From IMG/VR virus record IMGVR_UViG_3300044796_000596: a stretch of 50,839 nt of DNA. One strand, 5' to 3'. Below the pieces are notes generated by a model that worked only from the letters and a program-made list of their open reading frames with translations, searched no databases and was not told the DNA's origin. Positions 29,519 through 38,173 of this stretch are shown piece after piece. This DNA comes from an uncultured virus (IMG/VR IMGVR_UViG_3300044796_000596). Its lineage: Duplodnaviria; Heunggongvirae; Uroviricota; Caudoviricetes. Every line of letters begins with the position of its first letter. Position 1 is the stretch's first letter. The translations under genes were made by a program, and so were the position numbers.

Positions 29519-30025
29519 ATGTCTTTCCCGATCGTTCCCGTGCAGATCAAGAACTTCACCGGGGGCTGGTTCCAGCAGCTCTACAACTACCTCGTGAGCC
29601 TCCGCGCCGCGCTCGTCGCGTCGTCCATCACCCGCGCGCAGTGGGGCGTCGGCGCGACGCTTACGACTCTCGGCGGGAGTTGGCTGCCGCGATGGATCGA
29701 CCCGCTCGTGGCGACGGCCGGCGGATCGCCGCCGACCAACACGCCTCTCGAGGCAGTCGCAGGCGAACTCACCACGATCACCTATTCGTACGTGGGTGCA
29801 GTCGCGAACGGCAGCACGCCCAAGGTCGCGTTTTCGATCTTCGTGAACGGCAGCAATGCCGGCGCGACGGGCCTTCTGCCGACGAACGTCGCGACACCGA
29901 CGACGGGGAGCGTCACCTTCCCCGCGTACGCCTTCCCGGCGGGCGCGCAGATCGAATGCGTGGCCGACATTTCGGCCGGATTGACCACGGCGCTCACCGA
30001 CGTTCTCGTCAGCGCGGGCGGCTGA
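29519..30025 (+). CDS. Putative spike/adhesin (anchor family, member 2)
   Basis: AGGAGG RBS; QIKNFTGGWFQQLYNYLVSL; beta-rich C-terminal domain. Confidence 0.75.
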   Translation: MSFPIVPVQIKNFTGGWFQQLYNYLVSLRAALVASSITRAQWGVGATLTTLGGSWLPRWIDPLVATAGGSPPTNTPLEAVAGELTTITYSYVGAVANGSTPKVAFSIFVNGSNAGATGLLPTNVATPTTGSVTFPAYAFPAGAQIECVADISAGLTTALTDVLVSAGG

Positions 30026-30119
30026 GCGCCGGGCGTCGGGACAAGCAGAGCCCGCTCGACGTCAGGCGATCCCCACCCCCTCCCACTCTCCATCCTGATC
30101 AAGAATCCAAGGTCCAACG

Positions 30120-30791
30120 ATGTCCATCCTGAAAGTCCCCTCGCAGCTCCAGAACTTCACGGCGGGCTATTTCAAGCAGCTCTACAACTTCCTGGTCGCG
30201 CTGGTCGCGTCCATGTCGGCCCCCTTCGCGACCTCGATTCTAACCACGAACGCCACCCCTTTGGCGCTCGCGACGGTGCCGATCCCTGCCGGGTCGACCG
30301 TGTTGTTCGAGGGGACGATGATGGCCGTGCTCGGCCCGGGACAGGTCAACGGCAACCTGGCCCCGTCGTTCTGGGCCTTCACGGCGGGCGTCTATCGCAT
30401 CGGCGCAGGGGCCGTCGTGGTGAGCGATCCGACCTTCGGGAACGGGAACCACAACGTACCCTTCTGCAACGGCGGCGAGCCGGCCGGCTCGTTCGGGTTC
30501 GGGCTCTCGGGGGACAACCTGGTGCTGACCGCATCGGGGTTCGTCGTCACCGAGGCGTGGACGAGCGGCCACACCTACACGGCAGGCGACGGCGCGGCGA
30601 CAGCCGGACAATTCGTGACCGCGAACGGCAACGTCTACGTCTGCACGACGGGTGGCACCGCGAGCGGCGTCGCTCCTGCGGGCACCGGCACCGGCCTCGG
30701 CACCGGAGCGTTCTTCGCCTTCGTCTGCGCTGGGTCGACGGTTCCGGTGATGTGGACGGTCAACGGCACGGTGATGACGTCGGCGACGTGA
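30120..30791 (+). CDS. Putative spike/adhesin (anchor family, member 3)
   Basis: QLQNFTAGYFKQLYNFLVAL; AWTSGHTYTAG...NGNVYVC resembles a CBM5/12-like motif. Confidence 0.75.
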   Translation: MSILKVPSQLQNFTAGYFKQLYNFLVALVASMSAPFATSILTTNATPLALATVPIPAGSTVLFEGTMMAVLGPGQVNGNLAPSFWAFTAGVYRIGAGAVVVSDPTFGNGNHNVPFCNGGEPAGSFGFGLSGDNLVLTASGFVVTEAWTSGHTYTAGDGAATAGQFVTANGNVYVCTTGGTASGVAPAGTGTGLGTGAFFAFVCAGSTVPVMWTVNGTVMTSAT

Positions 30792-30816
30792 GCGTCGAGC
30801 GTCGGCGAGCGGCCGA

Positions 30817-31233
30817 TCACTTGAGCACCCGCACGAGATCGAAATCCAGAACGCTCTGGATGGCCACGTAATCCTCGTCGGCGGTGAACACGGTGGCGCC
30901 GAGCGAGCGTGCCGTGAGCGCGATCAACACGTCGTTGACCAGCGACGCGCGGCGAATTTCGCGGCCCGCTTCTTTGAGCCGTTGAAGCGTCCGCCCCGCA
31001 CGATCGAACACGTCGGCCGGAGGCGCGACAAAGCGTCCGCCGCCGTACGCTCGCGCGAGTTGGTCGACCGCGCGGCGTGCCGGCAACATCGTCGCCCCCG
31101 TCCGCAGCTCCATCAGGACGACGGCGCTCAGGTATCGGACGAAGCCTCGACCCAGGAGCAGATCCTCGTGGAGCCCATGGTTGAACCAGTCGATGTAGAG
31201 GTTGGTGTCGAAGACCGCCTTGCGCGGGGTCAC
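30817..31233 (-). CDS. vapC: PIN-domain toxin (VapC family)
   Basis: VFDTN, VLMEL, NDVLIALTA and TADEDY PIN motifs; GTG start overlaps the antitoxin stop. Confidence 0.9.
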   Translation of the reverse strand: MTPRKAVFDTNLYIDWFNHGLHEDLLLGRGFVRYLSAVVLMELRTGATMLPARRAVDQLARAYGGGRFVAPPADVFDRAGRTLQRLKEAGREIRRASLVNDVLIALTARSLGATVFTADEDYVAIQSVLDFDLVRVLK

Positions 31234-31415
31234 CGGAACACGTCCTCGAACCCGCCGACCCCCTTGAGCTTGCGATGCACGCGGAGAATGGGGGCCTCTG
31301 CGATCACCAGATCGAGCGCCTGGGTGACGGTCTCCTGCTCCGTCTTGACGCCGAGGATCTTGCGGGCACGGTCGATCTTGGACTGGTCCAGAACGAGGTG
31401 TTTGTGGCGGTCCAT
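31230..31415 (-). CDS. vapB: VapB-type antitoxin
   Basis: 61 aa, LD...IDRARKILG.KT..ETV..AL pattern, coupled upstream of the PIN toxin. Confidence 0.8.
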   Translation of the reverse strand: MDRHKHLVLDQSKIDRARKILGVKTEQETVTQALDLVIAEAPILRVHRKLKGVGGFEDVFR

Positions 31416-31491
31416 GTTCACAGAGTAGCACGCCATGAACATACCGGCAAGCCAGACGTCGATCGGTCGGGGCCCCATCGACGTCAGGCGA

Positions 31492-32289
31492 TCACATGCA
31501 ACCCGCGTCCGTACAGGCCCCTGAGCAGCAGAACACCTCGACGTAGGTCGTGCCCGACCCGCCGTTGGTGCCGCAGAAGTTCCCCCCTGGAGTAGAGCTC
31601 CAGAACTGGCCGGGTGGCGGCGCTACGTTCTGGACGCTCGTCGCGCAATAGTCCGCCTTCGCGGCGCAATAGCCGGACTCCTGAAAAAACGTGTAGGTCA
31701 CCGGAGCCGTCGCCCCCGCCAGGCAGCTCCCCGCGCCGTCGCAGTGGTCCCCCGTCGTGCAGGGATCCCCCGTCGTGCAGGGCGTCGTGCTCGACGCAGG
31801 GGTGAGAACGCAGCACCCGGCGTCGCAGGTCGCCACGAGGCACGGATCGGACGACGGGGTGCACGCGCTCGCCGTCGTGCATGTCGTGGTCGTGCAGACG
31901 GCGCCGGACGACGACGACGACGACGAGGACGACGACGTGCTGGACGTGCTCGACGAGGTGCTCGTGCTCGTGCTCGTGGACGTGCTGGACGTGCTGGACG
32001 TGCTGGAGGTCGAGGTGCTCGTGCTGGACGAGCCGCCCTCGCCACTCGACGAGGAGGAAGACGCGCTCGAAGACGCGCTAGAAGACGCGCTCGAAGACGA
32101 ACTGTGCCCCGAGCTGCTCGCGGTCGAGCTACTCGCGCCGGAGCTGCTCGCACTCGAAGACGACGAGCTGCTCGTCACGTCCTCCGGGACCAGCTTGTAG
32201 TCCGGCACCGTCACCGTGCAGGCCACGAGCGCCAGCGCCGCAACGAAGGCGCCCCACCCCACGAAACCGCCGCCATTTCCCTTTAGCAT
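31492..32289 (-). CDS. Cys-rich lipoprotein with poly-Ser linker (myxobacterial type)
   Basis: Signal peptide with LVAC lipobox, long Ser/Thr linker, and C.TGDPCTTGD.C Cys repeats. Confidence 0.75.
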   Translation of the reverse strand: MLKGNGGGFVGWGAFVAALALVACTVTVPDYKLVPEDVTSSSSSSSASSSGASSSTASSSGHSSSSSASSSASSSASSSSSSGEGGSSSTSTSTSSTSSTSSTSTSTSTSTSSSTSSTSSSSSSSSSSGAVCTTTTCTTASACTPSSDPCLVATCDAGCCVLTPASSTTPCTTGDPCTTGDHCDGAGSCLAGATAPVTYTFFQESGYCAAKADYCATSVQNVAPPPGQFWSSTPGGNFCGTNGGSGTTYVEVFCCSGACTDAGCM

Positions 32290-32568
32290 CGCTGATCCCC
32301 TTCCCCCGCCGTGCCCGCGACTCAGAGCGCACCCGACCCCCGGGTCGTACTCCCCTCGCCGCAACGGTGCAACGCTCGGCGCCGTAGGTCGCATTCCCCG
32401 GGGGGTCCAAGAAAAGCAACCAACGCGAAATACAGGCTTATTCTGCGTACCTGGAGGCTATCTGGAGGCCATCCGCCACCGCGACGGGGCGTTGGAATCG
32501 TGCTCGCAGCCTCTCGCGGACTCGCCGCCAGGACCCGCACGTCGCCACGCGCCGTCGCGCGCCCTCGG

Positions 32569-32913
32569 TCACGCCCACGCCGCCGGGACTGACCTCCCGA
32601 ACGCTCTCAGGATGCGCGCCGCCGCCCTTCGGCTCCACCGGCGGTGCCCGCCCGGCGTCGCCTGGTCGACGTCGAGGAGGGCCGCGTCGCGCTCGGCCTC
32701 GCGCTCGTCGAGGTCGGTGCCCCTTCGCTCGTCGGCTCGCCGGTACGCCTTGCTCAACGTCGCCGATGCGATCTTGAGGATCCTGGCGAGTTCGCGCGTG
32801 TCCACAGCGTTCGCAACGTCCGGAGAATCACGGGAATTGTCCTGAGAAACGTGGCTGTGCTCGCGCTCGCGACCTCGGTTGTGCTCACCCGTCTGCTCCT
32901 CCTGACCGACCAT
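32569..32913 (-). CDS. BldC/excisionase-like (MerR-type) HTH protein
   Basis: TRELARILKI...TL helix-turn-helix and TPGGHRRW wing (BldC has TLGGHRRY); TAGGAT 6 nt upstream of the ATG. Confidence 0.6.
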   Translation of the reverse strand: MVGQEEQTGEHNRGREREHSHVSQDNSRDSPDVANAVDTRELARILKIASATLSKAYRRADERRGTDLDEREAERDAALLDVDQATPGGHRRWSRRAAARILRAFGRSVPAAWA

Positions 32914-32940
32914 GAAAAGATCCTACCGCAAGCAGGCCCC

Positions 32941-33068
32941 TAATCGCAACGATCGGAACGATCAGAACGAGTCGTGACGACGTGCATCCGGACGATGGTG
33001 CAAGGCGTTCGATCGAGATTTTTTCGGATACGATCAAGATCGGATCGAGGCACGGTCGATCGATCGGC
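32941..33068. promoter_or_regulatory. Divergent intergenic control region with short direct repeats
   Basis: AACGATCGG-AACGATCAG-AACGAGTCG (9-bp period) from 32948, plus dense GATC sites. Confidence 0.4.
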
Positions 33069-33101
33069 GCCTGAAACCACCACCTCAAGGAGTTCAACGC
33101 C

Positions 33102-33560
33102 ATGTCTCTCCCGCTGCCGAAGACCCAACTGAAGAACTGGTACGCCGCCTGGCCGGGCGACCTCTGGACCTACCTCGTGAGCCTCGTTGCGGCGATCACC
33201 GCGACCGTCGTGCCGACGCCCCTCGTCCTCCCGATCGTGACGCCCGCGAGCAACGCGCTGCCCACGCGACCCGCGGGCGTGCCTGGCCCGGCGGACTTCC
33301 TCGCCGAGCCGAGTGGCAACCTCACCGGCGCCACCACCTACACCCTTCAGGTTGGTGGCGCCTACAAGCCCGGCGACATCGTGAAGCTGATGTTCACCGC
33401 TGCGCAGCTCGCGACGCACAACGTCATCGTGATCGACGGTGGCGCGGGCGCGCCGACGATCGGGACGATCCTGGGTTCGGCGGCGAGCTTTGGCTATCTC
33501 GTGGCTCAGCTCAACGCGGCCGGCACGCACTGGGTCGCGGTCGGTGGCGGCACGCTCTGA
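33102..33560 (+). CDS. Putative spike/adhesin (anchor family, member 4)
   Basis: AAGGAG RBS; QLKNWYAAWPGDLWTYLVSL. Confidence 0.75.
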   Translation: MSLPLPKTQLKNWYAAWPGDLWTYLVSLVAAITATVVPTPLVLPIVTPASNALPTRPAGVPGPADFLAEPSGNLTGATTYTLQVGGAYKPGDIVKLMFTAAQLATHNVIVIDGGAGAPTIGTILGSAASFGYLVAQLNAAGTHWVAVGGGTL

Positions 33561-33581
33561 TCGGTCTGAGCGGACGCTCTG

Positions 33582-33941
33582 GTGAACGTCTACGCGCGGA
33601 CGTCGGTCACGCGCGAGCTCATCGAGACCGACGATGGCGTCAAGCGCCTCGCGGTGCTCGAAGGCAGGCCCGTCCGACGCACTTCGGCCGGGCCTTGGAC
33701 GTTCCTCGGGCCCGCGGCCGACTTCCCGAGCGCCACGGCGCTGGTGAAGATCAAGACCGCGGAGAACACGCGAGCCGCGGTCACGTACCCCTTGGTGCGT
33801 GACCGCGCCTACGAGGAGACGACGTCGTCCGTCTTCCTCGTCAGCGCGCCGCGCCGCTCGGGTCTCCACGCGGGTCTCCAGTGGTACGCGTACACGGGAC
33901 GCGGACCCCGAAGCGGATGGGCGGAGGTCGATCTCGTGTGA
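33582..33941 (+). CDS. Hypothetical protein
   Basis: GTG start; fills the operon gap. Confidence 0.6.
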   Translation: MNVYARTSVTRELIETDDGVKRLAVLEGRPVRRTSAGPWTFLGPAADFPSATALVKIKTAENTRAAVTYPLVRDRAYEETTSSVFLVSAPRRSGLHAGLQWYAYTGRGPRSGWAEVDLV

Positions 33942-33959
33942 GGTCGTGAGAGGTTCATC

Positions 33960-35018
33960 ATGGACAGCGTCCTCGAAAAGCTCGACGAGAACGACGGCGC
34001 GACCTGGGGTCGCAATCGGCGGATGCAGGAATTCCGCCTCGACGTCATCGACCAGTACAAGCACATCCACGGAGGGGACATCGTCCAGGGGATCGGCACC
34101 TACTGGGGCACCGTCGAGGTCCAGTGGCTGGCGGAGCCGTTCTCGGCGACGACGCCGGCGCACCTCGGCGCGGGAGCGCCCATCGTGGGCTTCGGCAACG
34201 CGAACTTTGCGGTGAACGTCGTCCCGGGCAGCCCCATCATCGACACGGCCTTCAGCCTCGCCATCGGCGACGTCTCGCCGACGTGGTTCGGAACGCCGCC
34301 CGGCGGGATCGGGCCGACGGGGGCGCCGCACCTCATGAACCCGTCCGACACGAACCTCCAGAACCCGGGGATGAACACCTACGCGGACGAGGTCTTCATC
34401 ATCGAGGCGATCGGCGCGCGGGTGCGAGGCATGCGCGTCGGGTACTCGGCGGCCGCCATCGAGACGATGAAACCGCTGCCCGCGGGCAACACGCTCTCGA
34501 TGCTCCAGGGCAACCAGATGGTCCGGGACCAGTACGGTCTCGTGATCCCCGCGGAGCTTTTCAACCAGTACGACGACACCTTCCGGCTCGCAAAGACGCT
34601 GGAGGAGATCGCGACCCTGCACTTCAAGTGGACGGACGCCGAGCTCGGAGGCTCCACGAACACCGTCGACGTGATGATCGACTCCTTCCTGAACATCACG
34701 AAGGAAGCGAAGGGAATGAAGCGCACGTCGGGCGGCAACCAGAGCGTTCTGGACCTCCCGAACGGCTACATTTGGTGCCTCGACAAGATGTGGCAGGCGA
34801 ACGAGGCCGAGGGCGGCAACGGGATCTTCGACGTGGAGCTTCACCTCGACGAGTCCGTCTCGTACCCCTTCCAGCCGACCTTCGTGTTTGGCTCCCCCGG
34901 CCCCGTCGCTCCCGCAGGAATCGCGCTTTACTGGGAGATTCGTCTCTACGGGACGAGCCTCGTACCGAGCAAGGCCACGCGTGAGCGCAGGCCGCAATCC
35001 GCACGAAGGGGACGGTGA
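33960..35018 (+). CDS. Candidate major capsid-like protein 2, paralog of 22100-23395
   Basis: Collinear blocks shared with 22100-23395: IHGG.I.QG, DTNLQNPG.N.YADEVFIIE, KRTSGGN, LDLP.GYIWCLDK, ALYWE.RL.GTSL. Arg-rich tail. Confidence 0.5.
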   Translation: MDSVLEKLDENDGATWGRNRRMQEFRLDVIDQYKHIHGGDIVQGIGTYWGTVEVQWLAEPFSATTPAHLGAGAPIVGFGNANFAVNVVPGSPIIDTAFSLAIGDVSPTWFGTPPGGIGPTGAPHLMNPSDTNLQNPGMNTYADEVFIIEAIGARVRGMRVGYSAAAIETMKPLPAGNTLSMLQGNQMVRDQYGLVIPAELFNQYDDTFRLAKTLEEIATLHFKWTDAELGGSTNTVDVMIDSFLNITKEAKGMKRTSGGNQSVLDLPNGYIWCLDKMWQANEAEGGNGIFDVELHLDESVSYPFQPTFVFGSPGPVAPAGIALYWEIRLYGTSLVPSKATRERRPQSARRGR

Positions 35019-35024
35019 TCCGCG

Positions 35025-35723
35025 ATGCCCACGATCATTCTTCCGGTTCCGAACGCGCCGGGCCCGGGTGCTTGGGTCGACTGCTCCGGGCTCGGGCAGT
35101 TCCCGGAGGTGCAGCTCGACGCGGCCGCGGTCGCTGCCGACGAGGTGAACCTCGAGACGGCCGCCATGAGCACGGCGGTGCTCGGCAAGCTTCTCAAGTC
35201 GGTCGTGGGCGGGAGCGTCTCCGCGACCCTGCTCCAGCAGAACGGGCGAGACTGGCAGAGCACGCCGATCGCATGGGGCCGTGCGGTCCGCGTCGGCGGC
35301 CCCACGCCGGGCCTCAACCTGAACCTCGCCGCCTCGAACCTCGCGAACCCCGGCCCGGCCGGTCCGCCTGGCTTCCCCGTGCAGGGCACGATGGCGCTCG
35401 TCCTGGGAACTCCAGGCGCGTTCCTTCAGCCTGGGTCCCGCGGGATCACTTCGGTGACCACGGCCACCGTGAACGGCTTCAAGCAGGTGATCGTGACGTT
35501 CTCCGCGCCGTTCGCGACCGCGAACTATTCGGTGGTCGGCAACTGGTGGAACAGCGCGGCGCCGCCATGTCCGTTGCAACCCATCGCGTGGAATGACCCT
35601 GCGAACCCTGGCAACGACGGCAGGACGACGACCACGGTCACCTTCGAGTTGGTCAACTTCGTCGGCGGCTCCATTTCGCCGGACGGTAGCTTCGGCGGCG
35701 GCATCACGATCGCCTGCGGCTGA
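35025..35723 (+). CDS. Hypothetical beta-rich structural protein
   Basis: Co-oriented; C-terminal VTFSAPFATANYSVV resembles fibre-associated beta domains. Confidence 0.65.
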   Translation: MPTIILPVPNAPGPGAWVDCSGLGQFPEVQLDAAAVAADEVNLETAAMSTAVLGKLLKSVVGGSVSATLLQQNGRDWQSTPIAWGRAVRVGGPTPGLNLNLAASNLANPGPAGPPGFPVQGTMALVLGTPGAFLQPGSRGITSVTTATVNGFKQVIVTFSAPFATANYSVVGNWWNSAAPPCPLQPIAWNDPANPGNDGRTTTTVTFELVNFVGGSISPDGSFGGGITIACG

Positions 35724-35738
35724 GCGTGAGCGAGCGCC

Positions 35739-36230
35739 ATGCACACCTCGCCTGGCTATCGCATCGCGCTCGATCATCTTTCGATCGACTGTAACCGGGT
35801 CGCGCCGCACCTCTATCAGGGCAGCGCGCCGCCGCAGGGTCACGCGCTCGCGCGGGCGGGCTTCGACGTCGTGGTGTTCTGCGCGCGCGCGCTCATCCCT
35901 TCGCAGCCCCCGTCCGACTACCCCGGCGTCGAGGCCCTCTACTGCCCGCTCACGGACGTGGGCACGAGAATGGCGCAGGGGGACCCGGATCGGGATTGGG
36001 CCCGCGCGGTCGCGATGGCGTGGGATCTCGCGTCGCGGATCCTCCGTGGCGAGCGGATCCTGGTCACGTGCCACGAGGGCTGGAATCGATCGGGCCTCGT
36101 CTGCGCGTTGATCCTTCACTTCCTGACGGGCGAGTCGGGCCTCGTCTGCGCGAAGCACGTGCACCTCGCGCGCCCTTGGGCTCTCGGTCAACCCGTGTTC
36201 GTGAACGCGCTTTGCGCGCTGGGGGCGTGA
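35739..36230 (+). CDS. Dual-specificity protein phosphatase
   Basis: LYQGSAP, PLTD acid loop, and active-site CX5R (ILVTCHEGWNRSG). Confidence 0.9.
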   Translation: MHTSPGYRIALDHLSIDCNRVAPHLYQGSAPPQGHALARAGFDVVVFCARALIPSQPPSDYPGVEALYCPLTDVGTRMAQGDPDRDWARAVAMAWDLASRILRGERILVTCHEGWNRSGLVCALILHFLTGESGLVCAKHVHLARPWALGQPVFVNALCALGA

Positions 36231-36235
36231 CGGCA

Positions 36236-36637
36236 ATGGGTCTTTGGAAGGACTTCCTCCACGCGACCGGGATCGAAACGAAGCCTGCGAGAAGGCAGTC
36301 GAAGCCGTCGGGCTTGTCTGCGGCCGTGCGGGAGCGCGAGGAGCGTGACGGCGTTCCGACCGCGCGCAGGGTACCGCGGGAGGAGGACGAGCTCGACGCC
36401 ATCACGGAGCAGATCCGTTTGCCGACACCCAGCCGCCCGTACTACCAGCGGCGTCCGGCCCACTACCAAGGCGAACGCTGGCCCGAGGAGCCCGGCAGAA
36501 GCGCCGACGAGGTACCCGATGAGTGCCACCACTGCAAGAAGCCGATCGCCGGCCAGCCGGTGAGCTTCCACTCGCCGGGCAAGACCTCCACGCACTTCCA
36601 TCCCCACCACGCGAAATACGCGAAGCACGAAGCCTGA
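36236..36637 (+). CDS. Zn-finger/His-tagged protein 1
   Basis: Ends CHHCKKPIAGQPVSFHSPGKTSTHFHPHHAKYAKHEA. Confidence 0.75.
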   Translation: MGLWKDFLHATGIETKPARRQSKPSGLSAAVREREERDGVPTARRVPREEDELDAITEQIRLPTPSRPYYQRRPAHYQGERWPEEPGRSADEVPDECHHCKKPIAGQPVSFHSPGKTSTHFHPHHAKYAKHEA

Positions 36638-36670
36638 CGAAGCCCGAACGGAGCCTGCAAGGAGCCTGCG

Positions 36671-37003
36671 ATGCGCACCGAAGCCAACGACCAGTTGCTT
36701 TACAGCGAGGCGAATCTCTCCCAAGAAGAGGTCGCGGATCTCTCCCCCCGCGCGTACGACGCCATCGTCGCCGATCTCAAGCGCGTGACCGCCCGCCAGG
36801 TCGCAGAGGGAAAGCTCGCAGCGCCGGGCACGCCTTGCCACCACTGCGGAAAGCCGATCCGCGGCGATGCTGTGAGCTTCCACGGGGAGAACCAGCCCCC
36901 GCAGCACTACCACGAGCATCACGCGCAGCACCACAAGCACCACAAGACGACCGCGATATTCAGCAACCGCTCGATCTTCCACAACCGATGGCGCGGGGAG
37001 TGA
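36671..37003 (+). CDS. Tagged protein 2
   Basis: CHHCGKPIRG...HYHEHHAQHH. Confidence 0.75.
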   Translation: MRTEANDQLLYSEANLSQEEVADLSPRAYDAIVADLKRVTARQVAEGKLAAPGTPCHHCGKPIRGDAVSFHGENQPPQHYHEHHAQHHKHHKTTAIFSNRSIFHNRWRGE

Positions 37004-37010
37004 TCGTCAC

Positions 37011-37232
37011 GTGACCACCCCCGACTCCACCCCGAAGCCTGTGCGAGCGCGAGCGTGCGTTCACTGCGGGCTCTCGGACGACCTCCCGTGCCGCGACTTC
37101 CCCCACAGCCCGCGGGCTCACGTGTGGGCACCCGCCGGCGATCGAAACGGCGATCGAAACCTTGCCCGCGAACTCCAGACGTCGAGCCCCCGGCTTCACG
37201 ACCCACAAGAAGCCCTCCGGAGGCTCGGGTGA
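37011..37232 (+). CDS. Small Cys/His protein
   Basis: GTG start; CVHC...C...H...H. Confidence 0.4.
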   Translation: MTTPDSTPKPVRARACVHCGLSDDLPCRDFPHSPRAHVWAPAGDRNGDRNLARELQTSSPRLHDPQEALRRLG

Positions 37233-37330
37233 GCACGACGAAGACGACCCGCAAGATCGAGGCGCTCCACCACGCCCACCACGCGCACCACGCGCACCAC
37301 GCGCACCACGCGAAGCACCACAAGGCGTAG
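37229..37330 (+). CDS. Mini-ORF with only the His tail (HHA repeats)
   Basis: GTG overlaps the previous stop; ends HHAKHHKA. Confidence 0.45.
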   Translation: MSTTKTTRKIEALHHAHHAHHAHHAHHAKHHKA

Positions 37331-37339
37331 GATCGAGCG

Positions 37340-37822
37340 ATGCCGACCGAGAGCCTCCTCGACGACCCGCGCTACCAGGAGCGCCGTCGCCTCGACCGCC
37401 GTCGATCCTCGACGACGGTGCTCGAGGAGCCGAAGCTCTTCCCGCGGGTCTTCCCCGAGCTTGACCAGGCCGATCATGCGCGCCTCGCGGCCCTCTACGC
37501 CGCGCAGGCGACGGTGCTGGACAGCATGGCGCGCGAGGCCGCCGCCGCTGCGAAGGACGTCTACGGCGCGGGCACGTGGCCGGCGCGCGTGCGCCAACAG
37601 ATCGGCCAGATGGACGCCGGCAAGGACGAGCTTCTCCGCGCCGCGCGCGCGCACGAGGCCGCCGCGGGGAAGGTCGACAAGGGCCACCCGAAGCACGCGA
37701 CGCCTGGAACGCCATGCCACCACTGCAAGGAGCCCATCACCGGCCAGGCGGTGAGCTTCCACGCGGACGGAAAGACCTCGAAGCACTACCACGCGCACCA
37801 CGCGAAGCACCACGGAGCCTGA
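37340..37822 (+). CDS. Tagged protein 3
   Basis: Ends CHHCKEPITG...KHYHAHHAKHHGA. Confidence 0.75.
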   Translation: MPTESLLDDPRYQERRRLDRRRSSTTVLEEPKLFPRVFPELDQADHARLAALYAAQATVLDSMAREAAAAAKDVYGAGTWPARVRQQIGQMDAGKDELLRAARAHEAAAGKVDKGHPKHATPGTPCHHCKEPITGQAVSFHADGKTSKHYHAHHAKHHGA

Positions 37823-37829
37823 ACCCATC

Positions 37830-38171
37830 ATGACCAGCGACGCAGAGAAGATCGCTAAGCGCATCGTCGACGACCGCCTGGCGTTCACGGACGGGCGCAT
37901 GTCCCTCAAAGCGCAGGACGATCGGTGGATGGCCGACTACATGGCCGCGCTGCGCCTCGACATCTGGTCGGACGTCGAGCGGATCCTGCGTGAAATGTAC
38001 GGCGCCGATCGGTACGGCCACGTCCCCGGGAGCCGCCCGAAGCACGCGCCGCCTGGAACGCCGTGCCACCACTGCAAGGAGCCCATCGCCGGCCAGCCCA
38101 TCTCGTTCCACGCGGACGGAAAGGCATCGAAGCACTACCACGCGCACCACGCGAAGCACCACGGAGCCTGA
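37830..38171 (+). CDS. Tagged protein 4
   Basis: Ends CHHCKEPIAG...KHYHAHHAKHHGA. Confidence 0.75.
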   Translation: MTSDAEKIAKRIVDDRLAFTDGRMSLKAQDDRWMADYMAALRLDIWSDVERILREMYGADRYGHVPGSRPKHAPPGTPCHHCKEPIAGQPISFHADGKASKHYHAHHAKHHGA

Positions 38172-38173
38172 TC

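Noticed and set aside
6788..35723. Tailed prophage, contractile injection system or encapsulin operon
   Set aside because: No recognisable terminase, portal, HK97-fold, sheath, tube or baseplate sequence. Remote homology cannot be excluded by eye.
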